Shown piece by piece: positions 61,766 through 64,000 of a stretch of DNA of 64,000 nt (position 1 is its first letter; every line of letters starts with the position of its first letter). Below the pieces are notes generated by a model that worked only from the letters and a program-made list of their open reading frames with translations, had not been told where the DNA came from and searched no databases. The DNA is from Thermoleophilia bacterium UBA6103 (GTDB lineage: Bacteria > Actinomycetota > Thermoleophilia > UBA2241), in the NCBI GenBank assembly GCA_002423545.1, contig DIWP01000046.1, positions 32,437 through 96,436 of the forward strand, given 5' to 3'. The position numbers were made by a program, and so were the translations under genes.

Positions 61766-62521
61766 ATGGACGTCCTGTTGCTCGAAGCACTGGGCATCGG
61801 CCTGGTCCTTGGCCTGTTGCTCGGACTCACCGGCGCCGGCGGCTCGTTGGTCGCCCTGCCGCTGCTGCTCAGCCTGCATTTGCCCTTGCGCGACGCCATC
61901 GGCGTGAGCCTCGGCGCGGTCGCCATGTCGGCGCTGATCGGGGCGATTCCGCGCGCGCGCATGGGCCAGGTGGCCTGGCGCCCGCTGCTGTTGCTGGTCA
62001 TCTTCGGCCTGCCGGGCAATGCCGCGGGGCAATGGCTGGGGCAGTTCATCCCCGAGCGCGGGCTGATCGTCGCCTTTTGCCTGCTGGTGCTCTGGTCGGC
62101 CTGGCGCATGTGGCGCGGTGCCGGCTTGCCAGCCAAGGAGAGCATCGAGGATCGTCACTTGGCGCTGCTCGGTATCGGCGTGGGCGTGGGGCTGCTGTCC
62201 GGGTTGATGGGGGTCGGCGGCGGCTTTCTCATCGTGCCGGCGCTGCTCTGGTTCACTTCGCTGTCGCTGCTCAGCGCCATGGCCACCTCGATGGCGGTGA
62301 TCGCCCTGGTCAGCGGCGGCGGCTTCCTGCTCTACCTCACCGACGCCGAACCACCGCTGCCGTTGCTCGGCGGCCTGGCAGCCGGCGGCGCCTTCGGCGT
62401 ACTCGCCGGCAACCGCCTGGCACAGTACCTCAACAGCAGCCTGCTGCAGCGGCTGTTCGCGCTGATGCTGGTGATCGTCAGCCTGTCCCTGGGCATCCAG
62501 AAGCTGCTGCTGGGACATTAA
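61766..62521 (+). CDS. TauE/SafE (DUF81) family sulfite/anion exporter
   Basis: Two repeated 4-TM halves carrying glycine-rich motifs (GLTGAGGS and GVGGGFLIVPALL). Confidence 0.75.
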   Translation: MDVLLLEALGIGLVLGLLLGLTGAGGSLVALPLLLSLHLPLRDAIGVSLGAVAMSALIGAIPRARMGQVAWRPLLLLVIFGLPGNAAGQWLGQFIPERGLIVAFCLLVLWSAWRMWRGAGLPAKESIEDRHLALLGIGVGVGLLSGLMGVGGGFLIVPALLWFTSLSLLSAMATSMAVIALVSGGGFLLYLTDAEPPLPLLGGLAAGGAFGVLAGNRLAQYLNSSLLQRLFALMLVIVSLSLGIQKLLLGH

Positions 62522-62558
62522 CTTGAATCAACCAACTAACCGCACAGGCCACTAGGCC

Positions 62559-62798
62559 TCAATGCGGCTCGGGGTCGTCCCAGAACGGCCTGCCGGCTTC
62601 GAACTCGACATCGGCACGACTGCGGCCGATGTCCTTGAGCATCGCGTCGCTGAGCCCGGCGAGCTGGCGGCGCTGACGCGACAGCTCGTTCCAGCGGCGC
62701 ACCCTGGACCAGGCCCGCGCCAACAGCCCCGGCGCCGGCGCTTGCGTCATCCGCGGCAGGTGGATCAACCCGTGCATGGCACTTTTCTGCGCGTTCAT
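62559..62798 (-). CDS. DUF1127 small protein
   Basis: The 79-aa C-terminal part of track ORF 62559..63428, starting at MNAQKS…, carries the DUF1127 signature RRQLAGLSDAMLKDIGRSRADVEFEAGRPFW. Residues upstream of that Met are a non-coding extension. Confidence 0.65.
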   Translation of the reverse strand: MNAQKSAMHGLIHLPRMTQAPAPGLLARAWSRVRRWNELSRQRRQLAGLSDAMLKDIGRSRADVEFEAGRPFWDDPEPH

Positions 62799-62894
62799 CT
62801 CGTTTCCTCCGAATGGGATTGGCGCCAGTCTTGCGCCGGGCTTAAGATCAATCCAACGAATGTTCCTGATGCCTGCCATCTCGGAGATTGATGA

Positions 62895-63749
62895 ATGGCC
62901 AACTATCCGAGTATCGATACCGAACTGCTGCGCAGCTTCGTCGCCATCGCCGACCATGGCGGCTTCACCCGCGCAGCCGACGTGGTGAACCGCACGCAGT
63001 CGGCGGTGAGCATGCAGATGAAGCGTCTGGAGGAGGATGTGCTGCAGCGCCCGCTGTTCGAACGCAGCGGCCGCCAGGTGAGGCTCACCGCGGAGGGCCA
63101 GATCCTGCTGGGTTACGCCCGACGCATTCTCAAGCTGCACGGCGAGGTGATGACCACCCTGCGCCAACCGCACATGGTCGGTGTCGTGCGCATCGGTACG
63201 CCGGATGACTATGTCATGCGCTTTCTGCCCGGCATCCTGGCGCGCTTCGCCCAGGCCTACCCGTTGGTGCAGGTCGAGGTGCACTGCGAGCCATCCAGCC
63301 AGCTGCTGCAGCGCCACGACCTGGATCTCAGCATCGTCACCCGCGAGCCGGGGACCGAGATCGGCCAGTTGCTGCGCCAGGAGCACGTCGTCTGGGCCGC
63401 GGCCCCGGGCTTCAGCCTGCACGAACAACGGCCGCTGCCGCTGGCGACCTTCAATACCGACTGCTTCTGCCGTGCCTGGGTATGCAACGCGCTGGACGCC
63501 GTGGAGATCGACTACCGGATCGCCTATACCAGCCCCAGCCTCTCGGCGATCATGGCCGTGGTCGGCGCCGGCCTGGCGATGACCGCCCAGTTGCAGAGCC
63601 TGATCACCCCGGAGCTGCAGATCCTCGGCGAGGCGGACGGCCTGCCCGGGCTGCCGCAGAGCAGCATCGTGCTACTGCGCAACCCGCAACAGCGATCGCC
63701 GATCAGTGAAACCCTCGCCGACTACATCGTCGACGGCTTCCGCCTGTAG
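62895..63749 (+). CDS. LysR-family transcriptional regulator
   Basis: N-terminal HTH (LLRSFVAIADHGGFTRAADVVNRTQSAVSMQMKRLEEDV) and a LysR substrate-binding domain. Divergent from the DUF1127 gene. Confidence 0.85.
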   Translation: MANYPSIDTELLRSFVAIADHGGFTRAADVVNRTQSAVSMQMKRLEEDVLQRPLFERSGRQVRLTAEGQILLGYARRILKLHGEVMTTLRQPHMVGVVRIGTPDDYVMRFLPGILARFAQAYPLVQVEVHCEPSSQLLQRHDLDLSIVTREPGTEIGQLLRQEHVVWAAAPGFSLHEQRPLPLATFNTDCFCRAWVCNALDAVEIDYRIAYTSPSLSAIMAVVGAGLAMTAQLQSLITPELQILGEADGLPGLPQSSIVLLRNPQQRSPISETLADYIVDGFRL

Positions 63750-63758
63750 CGGACGTCT

Positions 63759-64000
63759 TCACGCCAGTTCGTCGAAAATCTCAGGCACCAGCGCCGCTTC
63801 GCCCTTGTCGATCAGGCGCTGGCGCAGGCCATCGCCCTGGGGACCGTCGAGTATGTCCAGCAGGCGCACGCCGCGCTCGGTGAGAATGAAATTCTCACCG
63901 TTGCCACCCTGCTCTTCCGGCCGGCTGGCGATGAAGCCGCCTTCGAACAGCAGGCTTTCATAGTCCGCAGCCTCCGCACGCAGGCTATCCAGGTTCGGCA
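63759..64000 (-). CDS. Hypothetical protein, 3' end only (gene continues beyond the window)
   Basis: The reverse-strand frame is open to the window edge and ends …GEAALVPEIFDELA*. It uses Pseudomonas-like codons. No family recognised. Confidence 0.3.
   Translation of the reverse strand, partial: PNLDSLRAEAADYESLLFEGGFIASRPEEQGGNGENFILTERGVRLLDILDGPQGDGLRQRLIDKGEAALVPEIFDELA

Overview
The window appears to be a composite of two genomic backgrounds. Positions 1 to about 56.8 kb are very GC-rich (roughly 70% or more by eye), with near-exclusive G/C third codon positions, many GTG starts and 4-nt ATGA/GTGA gene overlaps, which is typical of a high-GC Gram-positive-like organism (Actinobacteria or Thermoleophilia-like). 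This part is dominated by central carbon and amino-acid catabolism. It contains an 8-gene translationally coupled operon, 3402-10401: a branched-chain aminotransferase, a 2-oxoacid:ferredoxin oxidoreductase whose gamma and delta subunits are fused through a GltD-like NAD(P)H/FAD domain, alpha and beta KOR subunits, a stand-alone ACT protein and CoA-transferase A/B. Upstream sit an ADP-forming acyl-CoA synthetase and two GntR regulators. Other content: two proline dehydrogenase paralogs, each next to a decayed partner gene (an ornithine cyclodeaminase remnant and an agmatinase with in-frame TAA-TAG); SucCD; a malic enzyme with a 190-aa Ala/Glu/Lys-rich tail; split class-I fumarase; a type-E (SdhA/SdhB/HdrB-like) succinate dehydrogenase or fumarate reductase; two VapBC modules; HD-GYP, HD-dGTPase-like, endonuclease V, PHP, CsoR, two tandem MFS transporters, AqpZ, a GH18 hydrolase, a TupABC tungstate transporter with a candidate Moco/Tuco-type leader, and a PP2C sensor phosphatase. 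From about 57 kb to the end, codon usage switches abruptly (GAA, CAA, TTG and TAT become common). Gene content becomes gammaproteobacterial and Pseudomonas-like: a BarA/GacS-type HisKA-HATPase-REC-HPt module, mnmC, DUF3365, TauE, DUF1127 and LysR. The switch lies inside a single 1621-aa in-frame hybrid sensor kinase ORF, so the locus is either a chimeric assembly or construct, or an extraordinary fusion. No rRNA, tRNA or CRISPR array was recognised.
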